Below the pieces are notes generated by a model, which was not told where the DNA came from, searched no databases, and saw only the letters and a program-made list of their open reading frames with translations. The position numbers and the translations under genes are program-made. Shown here one piece after another: positions 10,299 through 19,680 of a stretch of 64,000 bases of DNA; position 1 is the first letter of the stretch; each line of letters begins with the position of its first letter. The stretch lies in the NCBI GenBank assembly GCA_031370005.1, contig JANMPT010000075.1:14446-78445 (forward strand). Reading direction: 5' to 3'. The DNA is from Bdellovibrionales bacterium. GTDB taxonomy: Bacteria > Bdellovibrionota > Bdellovibrionia > Bdellovibrionales > Bdellovibrionaceae.

Positions 10299-10312
10299 AT
10301 GATTCAAATCAT
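10299..10312. promoter_or_regulatory. FNR/DNR-type site for the HiPIP-nirK operon
   Basis: ATGAT-TCAA-ATCAT; TAGAAT -10 on the minus strand at 10271-10276 gives about -41.5 geometry. Confidence 0.75.
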
Positions 10313-10451
10313 GTTTTATATCTATAAAACCTAGTGATTGCTCTTAATGATAATGATATGAAAAATACATTGCGCGAGGAGTTAAAAACCAAGACCCTAA
10401 GGGGGAATAAGCTATAAGTTGAAAGCCATTCGACGAAGATATATAAAAAAT

Positions 10452-10465
10452 ATGATCCTAATCAA
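10452..10465. promoter_or_regulatory. FNR/DNR-type site (probable autoregulation)
   Basis: ATGAT-CCTA-ATCAA 17 nt before the Crp/Fnr start. Confidence 0.65.
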
Positions 10466-10482
10466 GAAAGGGACAATTTCAA

Positions 10483-11142
10483 GTGCTTAAACCGCAAGCT
10501 CCTAGACCAACTGAGTTCTGTCCTATCTGTTCGAGTCACGAGGAAAAAGTGACAGATCAAATTCTACAAATTATTCAAAAAAAAAATTATGCAAAAAACT
10601 GCATCATTTTTGAACAAGAGCAGGAAGCTGCTGGTGTCTATCTCATTCAAAAAGGGAGTGTAAAAATATCTCGTTTTTCCCCTGCTGGTAAGGAAATTCT
10701 ATTTGAAATTCTTGGCGTTGGAAAAACCTTTGGCGAAAGCGGCCTATTTGGCCAGGGTCGTCACGCAGACACTGCCACCGCAAGTGAAAATTGTGAACTT
10801 TTTATTCTTCCAAAAAATGAGTTTAAAAAAACGTTATCCTCTCACCCTGAACTCTATCACTCTGTGATTCACTCGCTTTGTGAGTGGATGGACCGACTCA
10901 GTAGCATTATTGAAAATATAAATACCCCCTCCGCCAGGGAACGGGTGTCCTCTTATCTTAAAAAAATCCAACAAGACCAGCATAATGCCCTTGTAAATTT
11001 GACTGGAAAAAAGCATGAAGTTGCAATGATGCTGGGACTCAGGCCGGAGACCTTTTCAAGGGCTCTGGCTGAACTAGAAACAGAAGGAATCATTAAAATG
11101 AATCACAAGCAAATTCAAGTCCTCCATCCCACAAAACTGTGA
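10483..11142 (+). CDS. Crp/Fnr family regulator (Dnr/NnrR/HcpR-like)
   Basis: cNMP-like domain (FGE), HTH LGLRPETFSR; N-terminal CPIC. Confidence 0.92.
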   Translation: MLKPQAPRPTEFCPICSSHEEKVTDQILQIIQKKNYAKNCIIFEQEQEAAGVYLIQKGSVKISRFSPAGKEILFEILGVGKTFGESGLFGQGRHADTATASENCELFILPKNEFKKTLSSHPELYHSVIHSLCEWMDRLSSIIENINTPSARERVSSYLKKIQQDQHNALVNLTGKKHEVAMMLGLRPETFSRALAELETEGIIKMNHKQIQVLHPTKL

Positions 11143-11149
11143 ACCAATT

Positions 11150-12286
11150 CTAATCTTTCGCGTACTTTAAAAAAAACATTTTTGGAAGATAGACCCAGCC
11201 CCAGATCAACAAACCCAAAATCCATGCCCATGAGGCATATACCAAGTGTGATTGATAGATTGCCACAGAGAACCCAGCGGAGAATCGAGTTATAGCCGCA
11301 AATATAACTAATAAAGCCCCAGCAAAAATGGCTTTGGAGCTCTTCTCAAGAGCCAAGCCGTGGCCTCCATGGGCAAGACTTACACGAGTTGCGATCATCA
11401 AAGTCATAAGCCCAAGACCGGAAATAAAAACCAAGTGCAGAAAGTGAATTCGATAGGCAGGCCACAAGGTAGCGCCCCACTGCCCCACCAGCAATGACCA
11501 AGCAGAAAGCCATAACCAAAATGGCTGGTGCCCCTTGCGTGTCGGAAGCAAGTGAATTTTCCAAAATCGAAAAATCATAAAACTCATCAGAAATGATCTT
11601 AAAAAATTTCCCACAATACTACTGAAAAATACTTCTAAAACATAAGTTAGTACAAATAAAAATGCGAGCACTGAAAATAAGCCCAAGCGCGGTGTTGACG
11701 TATTAGCTTCATTTGGAAGGGCGCCACGACCTAAAAGGGCGGGGACTAGTCGACTTCCAACCCCCAGCACTAAAGCCAAAATATAAGCTTGAAGAAAAAA
11801 TAAACGACCTAAATGCAACCACGAATCCTGAATCCAACCAAAATCACCGAAAATCAAAAGCAATACGCCGGTGATAGCACTGCCCATACCTACTCCCACA
11901 AACACAAATGCATCTGGTGGCGACTGAGTTCGTCGCAAAAAACGCCGCAAAAAAAATGCAGCTAAGAACAACAAGAGTAACAGGACTGCAAAATGGAAAA
12001 TTATAACTCTTCCGAGCAAGGCGCTGATAAAAAGACTTATCAGTAATGTTGCCGATATCCAGATGTCCTTAATAGTGGGCGGGAAACTGGCTGTGAATTT
12101 GGGGGCCGCAGTCATTAAAAATCCACAAACGAAGCAAAGAAAAAACCCTCCCATCATAATTTGTGGATGAAAAAACCCCGGGTAGCTAAGCACGTTGAAC
12201 GAAAATAAAATCCAAAGTAGAACACCCCAGAGTCCTAACAACCATCCTACAGGAAAAAAATACCGATAAGCGTCTATTGTTTTCAT
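11150..12286 (-). CDS. nnrS: NnrS family membrane protein (NO tolerance)
   Basis: YRYFFP, HPQIM..GF, GFLMTAAP, HLVF..G, TRVSLAHGG; multi-TM. Confidence 0.88.
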   Translation of the reverse strand: MKTIDAYRYFFPVGWLLGLWGVLLWILFSFNVLSYPGFFHPQIMMGGFFLCFVCGFLMTAAPKFTASFPPTIKDIWISATLLISLFISALLGRVIIFHFAVLLLLLFLAAFFLRRFLRRTQSPPDAFVFVGVGMGSAITGVLLLIFGDFGWIQDSWLHLGRLFFLQAYILALVLGVGSRLVPALLGRGALPNEANTSTPRLGLFSVLAFLFVLTYVLEVFFSSIVGNFLRSFLMSFMIFRFWKIHLLPTRKGHQPFWLWLSAWSLLVGQWGATLWPAYRIHFLHLVFISGLGLMTLMIATRVSLAHGGHGLALEKSSKAIFAGALLVIFAAITRFSAGFSVAIYQSHLVYASWAWILGLLIWGWVYLPKMFFLKYAKD

Positions 12287-12335
12287 AAACTGTCCTTTGT
12301 CACTTTCAATCTATACTCGTTCAGGCTTCCAGAGA

Positions 12336-12349
12336 TTGATCTGAATCAT
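12336..12349. promoter_or_regulatory. FNR/DNR-type site for nnrS
   Basis: TTGAT-CTGA-ATCAT; TAGATT -10 on the minus strand at 12308-12313. Confidence 0.75.
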
Positions 12350-12426
12350 AATTTCTGCTATTTTTTGTTCAATATATCCAACTCCAGATGATAAACTTAA
12401 ACTTTAGTGAGTTGGAGAAATTCTGT

Positions 12427-12798
12427 ATGGGCAAACGTCAAAAAGAACTGATTTACTCATGTTCAGGCTGCTCAAGTGCCGCGCAAACCGCAAACGCTGT
12501 GGCTGTTCGGTTAGACCGGGCCGGAATCGCCGAAATGTCCTGTATCGCCGGTGTTGGTGGAAATGTTCTCCCACTGGTTCGGATTGCAAAATCTGGACGT
12601 AAAATTAACGTGATTGATGGCTGCCCCCTAGCGTGCGCTAAAAATTGTCTAAAAAGACACGGCATTATCCCAGACCGCCATCACGACCTCTCCACTTTTG
12701 GAGTCAAAAAAATTCAACACGGCGATTCCCAACCAGAACAGGTCGAGGAAATTTTTCAACTCATTAAGGATGAAATAGAAAGAGCAGGGCGCTCATGA
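12427..12798 (+). CDS. DGC-domain putative zinc-binding protein
   Basis: YSCSGCS, MSCIAGVG, IDGCPLAC; start at MGKRQ after GGAGA. Confidence 0.85.
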   Translation: MGKRQKELIYSCSGCSSAAQTANAVAVRLDRAGIAEMSCIAGVGGNVLPLVRIAKSGRKINVIDGCPLACAKNCLKRHGIIPDRHHDLSTFGVKKIQHGDSQPEQVEEIFQLIKDEIERAGRS

Positions 12799-14501
12799 AA
12801 ACCACTCCTGATAATATCCCTATTATAAATTTTGAAAATCTTTATCTGCAAGACCCTTTGGCAGATTCACTTTGGTCCTATTGGTTGGGTGAAAAAAACT
12901 TTAAAGATCTCCGTGAGCATTTTGTCGACATGGGAAGAAGTGGCGCTCAAGCAACTCCATTCTCGGCAAGGGCCGATTCCCTTGGGCCAATACTAAAAAC
13001 CCACACGCCTCAGGGGCAAAGACAAGATCTGGTCGAGTATCATCCTGACTATCATCAGCTAGAAAAGTTGTCCTATGGTGCTGGCATCATCAGTCGAAAA
13101 TATGATCCCGCATTTTTAAAGCTCTACCGTCCACTTCGTCATTTAGTTGGTTTTGGTATTGGATATTACTTCGCACAAACAGAAATTGGTCTTTACTGCC
13201 CAATCTGCATGACCGACGGAGTCGGCCGAGTCTTGGAACGACACGGCCCACCTGAGGTCACCCAAACAGTTCTGAAACATATTGGCTCAAAGCAGCTAGA
13301 ATCTCTATGGCAGGGGGCCATGTTTCTGACCGAAAAACAGGGTGGCTCTGACGTCGGCGCAAACACTGCGCAAGCGCGAAAGTCAGGAGATCGCTGGCTC
13401 ATTAGTGGAGACAAATGGTTCTGCTCTAAAGTGGATGCCGAAGCTATTCTCGTTCTCGCCCGAATGCCTGAAGATGAAGGACGACCCGAAACTGGTACCC
13501 GAGGATTGGGTTTGTTTTTGGTTCTCAGACATCTGCCTCCGAAAAATCATCGCCACTTACAAATTCACCGTCTTAAGCAAAAAATGGGTGTAAGGTCCAT
13601 GCCCTCTGGTGAAGTGACCATGGAAAACGCCGAAGGCTTCCTTATTGGTGGTGCCGGTGAAGGATTTAAACTGATGGCCGAAATGCTCAACATGTCCCGT
13701 CTTTACAATTCAGTAGCAAGTATCGCCGGTATGAGACGAGCCATTATGGAGGCATTGGCCTACGGTGCTGAACGAAAAGCTTTTGATCTACATCTGCGTG
13801 AACTCCCCTTATGGAGAGCCAACATGGCCGACTTGGTTGCTGAGCACATAGGTGCCATGCACTTGGTGTTCTCCACGGCCCAGTACCTTGATCATGCTGA
13901 TGGTGGCGATAAGACAGCGCAGCTGATGGTTCGGCTCCTGACTCCGATAACTAAAGCCTTCACCGGCAAACTTGCAATCTTCGCCGCCAGCGAATCCATG
14001 GAAGCCATTGGTGGCAATGCTTACATCGAGGAGCATATCATGCCCCGAATTCTCCGTGACTGCCAAGTTTTACCTATCTGGGAGGGCACAACAAACATTC
14101 TTTCTTTGGATGCTTTACGAGTCCTTCGCAAATATGGACACCAGTTTTACTATACGCATTTGGCAGAGATTCTTGAGTCTTGTTCCTTTATTTCTCCTGC
14201 CTGGATGCAAGATCTCAAAAAACGACTCTCAGAAGAGCAAGACTTTCTAGGTAAATTGCTCACAATGCCGGATGAGGACCAGCAACGAAGCATTCGCGAA
14301 TGGGTGGAGAGAACAGCCCGAAGTCTCAGCCTGATCAAGTTGTTGCAATCAAGCCACGAGACTTCGTTGAAGGCGATCATGGACGCCGCCTATCAACGTT
14401 TAGTTTTGCGACCCACTGCCACTTCGCCTCTGGGGGCCTTCCATACTGCTCAACTAAAACACACAGAGGAAATTCTGCTCAAGGCTGGTTACCAGGCTTA
14501 A
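12795..14501 (+). CDS. AidB-like acyl-CoA dehydrogenase
   Basis: CPICMT, MFLTEKQGGSDV, KWFCS, RLKQKMG, WEGTTNI; ATGA overlap with the DGC gene. Confidence 0.85.
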   Translation: MKTTPDNIPIINFENLYLQDPLADSLWSYWLGEKNFKDLREHFVDMGRSGAQATPFSARADSLGPILKTHTPQGQRQDLVEYHPDYHQLEKLSYGAGIISRKYDPAFLKLYRPLRHLVGFGIGYYFAQTEIGLYCPICMTDGVGRVLERHGPPEVTQTVLKHIGSKQLESLWQGAMFLTEKQGGSDVGANTAQARKSGDRWLISGDKWFCSKVDAEAILVLARMPEDEGRPETGTRGLGLFLVLRHLPPKNHRHLQIHRLKQKMGVRSMPSGEVTMENAEGFLIGGAGEGFKLMAEMLNMSRLYNSVASIAGMRRAIMEALAYGAERKAFDLHLRELPLWRANMADLVAEHIGAMHLVFSTAQYLDHADGGDKTAQLMVRLLTPITKAFTGKLAIFAASESMEAIGGNAYIEEHIMPRILRDCQVLPIWEGTTNILSLDALRVLRKYGHQFYYTHLAEILESCSFISPAWMQDLKKRLSEEQDFLGKLLTMPDEDQQRSIREWVERTARSLSLIKLLQSSHETSLKAIMDAAYQRLVLRPTATSPLGAFHTAQLKHTEEILLKAGYQA

Positions 14502-14946
14502 TACTCAAAAGAGAGTTGTTCTCAACGGAAACCCCGAGGTCAATCTTATAAAGCCCCATGCCTCCGTGCGCCTCGCTCACAGGTTCTCCGTTCATTGTTT
14601 GAATTCCCCGAATGGTGGTATTAATCACATCACCCGGCGAGATGACCTCAACATGATCCCCTAGTTGCATTTTGTTGCGCACGTCTGCAACCACACCTGA
14701 GTCTGAATGAGTTGTTAACAATGCTGATCAGGCCAGGATCGCTCATAATCAAGGCATCTGGCTGCAGCTCCGCAAATGTATCGATTTGGTTCGCAAAAGG
14801 CTTCAATTTTAAATTACGAGCAAAAATATTCGCAGTTAAGTAAACCTTTTTATGAAGACGCCGGGCAATCTGAAGACCGGCTTTCAGATCCTCAAGATCA
14901 AATTCGTTCTCGCGCGCTCGGAGTGAAAACATTGGCACCCCTGCAT
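14479..14946 (-). pseudogene. trhP: U32 peptidase-family tRNA hydroxylase (TrhP/YegQ-like), internally deleted
   Basis: N-terminal piece YAGVPMFSLRARENEF...DALIMSDPG joined out of frame near 14718 to the U32 C-terminal piece VRNKMQLGDHVEVISP; RBS+ATG at 14946 also out of frame. Confidence 0.8.
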
Positions 14947-15001
14947 AAATTGAATCCTTTACTTTAACACGACCAGCCTATAAGTAGCCTTATATAAATC
15001 A

Positions 15002-15015
15002 ATGACCTCGATCAA
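15002..15015. promoter_or_regulatory. FNR/DNR-type site between the U32 pseudogene and ctaA
   Basis: ATGAC-CTCG-ATCAA; TAGGCT -10 on the minus strand at 14975-14980. Confidence 0.6.
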
Positions 15016-15083
15016 ATTTACACTAATTGGAGAATTTTTCTCAAACACATTGAGTCCATTCAGGAGTTGGACTATAGGAAATC

Positions 15084-16115
15084 ATGCAGCAAAAACATAT
15101 CACTTACTGGCTACTGACGATCTGCGGATTCATTGTTGCAATGATCGTGATTGGTGGAATCACTAGATTGACTCTTTCAGGACTTTCGATCGTTGAATGG
15201 TCACCCTTTGCCGGAATTATTCCCCCACTTAACTCTGAGGCATGGAACAAGCTTTTTGAAAAATATAAATTGTTTCCTCAATACCAAAAAACATTTCCTA
15301 ATTTGAGCTTGGCAGAGTTTAAAAATATTTTTTTCTGGGAGTACTTACACCGATTCGTTGCCAGGTCTATTGGCTTTGTTATTCTTATCCCCGGACTTTT
15401 GTTCTGGAGGAAAGGACTTCTCTCTCAAGAGCTTACAAAAAGAATTTTGTTCGGATTAATCCTTGGCGGATTTCAAGGCGCTTTAGGTTGGTTTATGGTA
15501 AAAAGTGGCCTCGTTGATCGACCTTCAGTCAGTCACTTTAGACTTGCCGCTCACCTCTTGCTTGCATTTCTCATCCTGGCTTACTTCTTATGGTTGGCTT
15601 TAGATCGCTTAGAAAGTCATATGCCCCATCTTAAATCAAAACTTTCCCATGCAGATCTTTCACTTCAGAGCTTGTTTTTATTTTTTATTTTTCCGCTTTT
15701 AATTCTGCAAATCACATATGGAGCTTTTGTTGCTGGGCTAAAAGCTGGTTATTTTTATAACACATTTCCAAAAATGAATGGCGAGTGGTTGCCTCAAAAT
15801 GCGCTATATCTAGATCCTCTTTTTAAAAATTGGTTTGAAAATGCAGTCACCATTCAGTGGACTCACCGTTGGCTCGGAATATGCCTTCTTTTAGCAATTG
15901 GTTTTTTTTGGCTCCGTTCGCAATCAGCAACAACTTCACGGTCCATCGTCAAGCTGTCTACAATTTTTCTTGGCTTAGCTCTTTCTCAAGTGGGCCTTGG
16001 GATCTCAACTCTGCTAACACATAATAATATTTTCCTAGCCAGCTCTCATCAGCTGGTGGGGTGCTTATTGTTCGCCTGCTCTATTTGGATTCTTCACAGA
16101 ATAAAAGCTTCTTAA
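15084..16115 (+). CDS. ctaA: heme A synthase (COX15/CtaA type 2)
   Basis: GGITRLTLSGLSIVEW, EYLHR, GWFMVKSG, RLAAHL, WTHR, SSHQ. Confidence 0.95.
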   Translation: MQQKHITYWLLTICGFIVAMIVIGGITRLTLSGLSIVEWSPFAGIIPPLNSEAWNKLFEKYKLFPQYQKTFPNLSLAEFKNIFFWEYLHRFVARSIGFVILIPGLLFWRKGLLSQELTKRILFGLILGGFQGALGWFMVKSGLVDRPSVSHFRLAAHLLLAFLILAYFLWLALDRLESHMPHLKSKLSHADLSLQSLFLFFIFPLLILQITYGAFVAGLKAGYFYNTFPKMNGEWLPQNALYLDPLFKNWFENAVTIQWTHRWLGICLLLAIGFFWLRSQSATTSRSIVKLSTIFLGLALSQVGLGISTLLTHNNIFLASSHQLVGCLLFACSIWILHRIKAS

Positions 16116-17859
16116 TTTCTTCTGCAATATATTGAGCGAACTCCTGCTTTAGATTTGTGCTAAGCTCTTTGGATTCAAAAAATGGATTCATAATGCAAAT
16201 TCGAATCACATCAAGATCATCAATTGCTCCTTGATAAGACCAACTTTTTGCATATCTTTGTAGATACAAAGCATAGCTTTTTTTATAAAGTTTTGTCTTT
16301 GAAATAAAAAACTTAGGAGTTGTTTTTTGAGATACGGCAAGAAATAAGGCTTGTGTTTTTTGATTCGCCTGCTCAAAAGAGTCCCCGTCAGCGGCCACGC
16401 AAAAGCCTAAAATATTCAGTCCTGTGAAGGGCGCTATACGAATTTGAGACACCCTTTGCAAAGCTTTTTCCAAATCATTTTTACCATGAACTGTTCGTTC
16501 AAGGATACTGCCATAGCCGTCAGCAGTGAAGCCAATGGACTGAGCCGTTAGCCATGTGGCCACCGCTCCCGCCGCTGAGCGCGATCCTTCCAAAGTAAAA
16601 GGCCCTTTGTCTTTTTCAATTTGAAACTGAACATAGGGAGCCACAAAGGATTTAACGTAATAATCCTCCTCCTGGCGGGCCAAAAAAGCCCCACTGGAAT
16701 AAGGAACGTATCCCATTTTATGGGGATCAATTGTGATTGAATGGACTCTGGATAATCCCCCCAACGCACGTCTCAAATCCTCCCCCAGAGTCTTCATGGA
16801 TTTCATTGCCGAAAAAAAACCGCCAAAGGCAGCATCCACATGGTGCCAAATATATAGACCTTCTTCTTTTTGGTACTGATCGAGGAGCTGCTGGACCTCA
16901 TCGATAGGATCCACAAAACCCATCTCGGTGCTTCCTAAAACTGATACAACTGCGACAATCGGTCGGTTGCGCCCCCGGGCCTTTTCAATAGATTGACGAA
17001 GACTTTCAAGGCTCAAGGTTCCCTGCTCATTCAATTCTATGGGCCAAAGACTTTCCTCCCCCAATCCAAACAAAGACGCACCCTTTGTCCATGAGTAATG
17101 TTTATGATAGGGAACCAATAGAACTGGCCCCTCATATTCCTCAAGGCCAAATATTTTTTGAATTCTGCGAGCACGGGAAAGAGGATTACTCCAGATAAAC
17201 CCCTCTCCTTGTTCTATTTTTTTTAGGTCCTCATTCTGTGTCCAAAGTGAGAATTCTTCCCACCCCATATGAGCCGCTTCAAATGCTGTCAGCTTCGTGT
17301 TTTTTAAATCCCGCCGAATCTGCAAGCCCATAAAGAGCCACTTATTAAGTCTTTCGATGGCCCTCGCAAGACATTCAAAGTTGGCAACAGTTCCACCTGA
17401 AGTAAAGTGACCAAAGCTTTGAGGCATTCCCAACATATCAGCCAAGTACTGAATGGCCTCGTCTTCGATTTGGATTCCTATTCTTGAGGATTCGCTGGAA
17501 ACATTATTGGGGTTATGAATAAGACTAATGATATGGCCAAAAAGTGCGGGAAGTGAAATTTCCGAGAACATGTGGCCGATGTAGCGCGGGGAAAACTTGG
17601 GAATTTCGTTCTCAAAGCGGGTCAGAAGTTTCTCTATGTTTTTTTTACAAGTAGCTCTTTTGATTTGAAACTCGCCTAGCTCTAAATCATCGGCTGAAAT
17701 AGCCTTGCCGTCCTCAGGAAAAAGCCCCCGCCGCCACTCGAACCATCTTTTAAAAACTGCGGTCACCTCATCGAGAACCCAATCGCTATTTTCAGCCCTT
17801 GGTCCCAGAAAAAAACTTTTAAGAGCAACATCCGCCGGAGAGCACTTTGAGTTTTCCAT
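16081..17859 (-). CDS. group II PLP-dependent decarboxylase, tyrosine-decarboxylase-like
   Basis: FLGPRAEN, SGGTVAN, HYSW.K, HVDAAFGG, TIDPHKMGYVPY (PLP lysine), LEGSRS. Confidence 0.88.
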   Translation of the reverse strand: MENSKCSPADVALKSFFLGPRAENSDWVLDEVTAVFKRWFEWRRGLFPEDGKAISADDLELGEFQIKRATCKKNIEKLLTRFENEIPKFSPRYIGHMFSEISLPALFGHIISLIHNPNNVSSESSRIGIQIEDEAIQYLADMLGMPQSFGHFTSGGTVANFECLARAIERLNKWLFMGLQIRRDLKNTKLTAFEAAHMGWEEFSLWTQNEDLKKIEQGEGFIWSNPLSRARRIQKIFGLEEYEGPVLLVPYHKHYSWTKGASLFGLGEESLWPIELNEQGTLSLESLRQSIEKARGRNRPIVAVVSVLGSTEMGFVDPIDEVQQLLDQYQKEEGLYIWHHVDAAFGGFFSAMKSMKTLGEDLRRALGGLSRVHSITIDPHKMGYVPYSSGAFLARQEEDYYVKSFVAPYVQFQIEKDKGPFTLEGSRSAAGAVATWLTAQSIGFTADGYGSILERTVHGKNDLEKALQRVSQIRIAPFTGLNILGFCVAADGDSFEQANQKTQALFLAVSQKTTPKFFISKTKLYKKSYALYLQRYAKSWSYQGAIDDLDVIRICIMNPFFESKELSTNLKQEFAQYIAEEIKKLLFCEESK

Positions 17860-17876
17860 AAATCCTTTCAACCTCT

Positions 17877-18362
17877 CTAACTCCGAGGTCCCATTTCTGG
17901 CGGGATCTTTTTGTAGATGTTATTAATATGTGTTTTCAAGGTCGCCTTTGAAATAAAAAGCTTATGCGCCACCTGGGAATTACTGAGTCCACCAAGAAGC
18001 AGTGAAACAATATTCAACTCACTTTTGGTCAGATTTTTTTTACGATAAAACTCCATCCGTGTACGATGCTTGTTCTCAAGAGGATACAGTAAGGTCAAAA
18101 ACTGATTTCCATCATTTACCATAACAGTGTCTGCCACTCCGTTTTCAAGTTTTAATGTTGGAAAATGGCAAAATCCTTCAATGGGATTTTTTTTATCCTG
18201 ACAAAACTCATCATATTTTTGGAGGCAGCGACCCTTGCAAGGACTTCCCATTTTGTTTCCGCATTTTTCAATACAAGCAGTATTTTGGAACAAAACAGTT
18301 CTATGATTGTCTTTGATACAAACACCAAGCTTGTTATTTGCAATAAAATCTTGTGTGTTCAT
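17877..18362 (-). CDS. LuxR-type HTH regulator with Cys-rich PAS-like N-terminus
   Basis: LTKSE..IV.LL..GLSNSQVA..LFISKATLKTHINNIYKK; seven N-terminal Cys. Confidence 0.85.
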   Translation of the reverse strand: MNTQDFIANNKLGVCIKDNHRTVLFQNTACIEKCGNKMGSPCKGRCLQKYDEFCQDKKNPIEGFCHFPTLKLENGVADTVMVNDGNQFLTLLYPLENKHRTRMEFYRKKNLTKSELNIVSLLLGGLSNSQVAHKLFISKATLKTHINNIYKKIPPEMGPRS

Positions 18363-18384
18363 AAGTACCTTTCAGTTATAATAC

Positions 18385-19551
18385 CTATCGGTAGGCTGGG
18401 ATTCCAGTGATGTACTCACCAACGATTAAACGATGAATATCCTCAGTGCCCTCATAGGTGTTAACACTCTCGAGATTGAGCATATGACGTCCGCACTGGT
18501 ATTCATATGTAATACCGCTGGCTCCTAAAATATCTCTTGTCTTTCTCGCAATGTCGAGAGCCATTGAAACATTGTTCATTTTTGCCATTGAGATTTGCTG
18601 AGCGACGGCCTTATCCGCATCTTTGAGTCGGCCCAGCTGCATTGTAAATGCTTGAGCTTTTGTGATCTCCGTCAACATATTCGCAAGTTTTGCTTGAACA
18701 AGTTGAAAACTCGCAATGGGCTTGCCGAATTGAATACGAGTTTTTGCATACTGTACGGCCTCATCATAACAAGCCATTGCGGCTCCTAAGGCACCCCAGG
18801 ATATCCCATATCGAGCTTGGTTAAGACATGAAAACGGCCCCTTTAGCCCTTGGACCTGTAACATTTGAGAGGCCGGAACCCTACAGTCTTCAAAAAAAAG
18901 CTCCGAAGTCACTGAAGCTCGTAAAGAAAATTTCTTTTCAATATCCCGAACTTGAAAGCCTGGAGTCTCTCGTTCAAGGATAAAACCACGAATAATGTTT
19001 TCATCATCCTTCGCCCAAACGATAGCTAAATGTGAAATTCCTCCATTGGTAATCCACATTTTACTGCCGTTCAAAATATAATCATTTCCATCTTTACGGG
19101 CCCTCGTTATCATCCCACCTGGATCAGATCCAAAGTCAGGCTCGGTCAAGCCAAAGCAGCCAATCAATTCTCCCTGGGCCATCTTTGGAAGATATTTCTT
19201 TTTTTGCTCTTCAGTTCCAAACTTGTAAATCGGAAACATACAAAGGGCCCCCTGAACACTGGCAAAGCTGCGAACGCCACTATCTCCCCTTTCAAGCTCT
19301 TGCATCACAAGGCCATAAGAAGTGTAGTTTAAACCCGCACAACCATAACCTTGGATAGTGGCACCAAATACTCCCAACCCACCGAGTTGAGAGATCAGAC
19401 TCATCGGAAAAGTGCCCGCTTCATAATGATCAGCAATAATCGGCAGGATCTCTCCATCCACGTATTGACGGATTGTATTGCGAGTCATCAGTTCTTCTTC
19501 TGTGAAAAGCGCGTCTAGTTGATAAAAATCGGGGGACGTAAAAGTTTCCAT
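18385..19551 (-). CDS. gcdH: glutaryl-CoA dehydrogenase-like acyl-CoA dehydrogenase
   Basis: ELERGDSG.RS, FGLTEPDFGSDP, LNQARYGI, LESVNTYEGT. Confidence 0.85.
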   Translation of the reverse strand: METFTSPDFYQLDALFTEEELMTRNTIRQYVDGEILPIIADHYEAGTFPMSLISQLGGLGVFGATIQGYGCAGLNYTSYGLVMQELERGDSGVRSFASVQGALCMFPIYKFGTEEQKKKYLPKMAQGELIGCFGLTEPDFGSDPGGMITRARKDGNDYILNGSKMWITNGGISHLAIVWAKDDENIIRGFILERETPGFQVRDIEKKFSLRASVTSELFFEDCRVPASQMLQVQGLKGPFSCLNQARYGISWGALGAAMACYDEAVQYAKTRIQFGKPIASFQLVQAKLANMLTEITKAQAFTMQLGRLKDADKAVAQQISMAKMNNVSMALDIARKTRDILGASGITYEYQCGRHMLNLESVNTYEGTEDIHRLIVGEYITGIPAYR

Positions 19552-19645
19552 GGGAACCTCTTTCTAGCTGGCCTAGTATCTGGCTATTTAAATATTTGCT
19601 CAAGCGGAGGCATCAAAATCCACCCCAGGGTTGAGGCTCTTGCCT

Positions 19646-19674
19646 TTGAGTCAGACCAACTTATCTAATATCTT
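19646..19674 (+). promoter_or_regulatory. sigma70-type promoter, probably leaderless
   Basis: TTGAGT-N17-TATCTT, 6 nt before ATG 19681; no Shine-Dalgarno. Confidence 0.45.
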
Positions 19675-19680
19675 AAATCC

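Noticed and set aside
14479..14938. Programmed frameshift joining the two U32 ORFs
   Set aside because: The central catalytic region is absent, so a joined product would still be non-functional
16081..16115. Convergent 3' overlaps (also 35688, 43407, 44815, 57524) as an antisense system
   Set aside because: Short tail overlaps are ordinary in compact genomes
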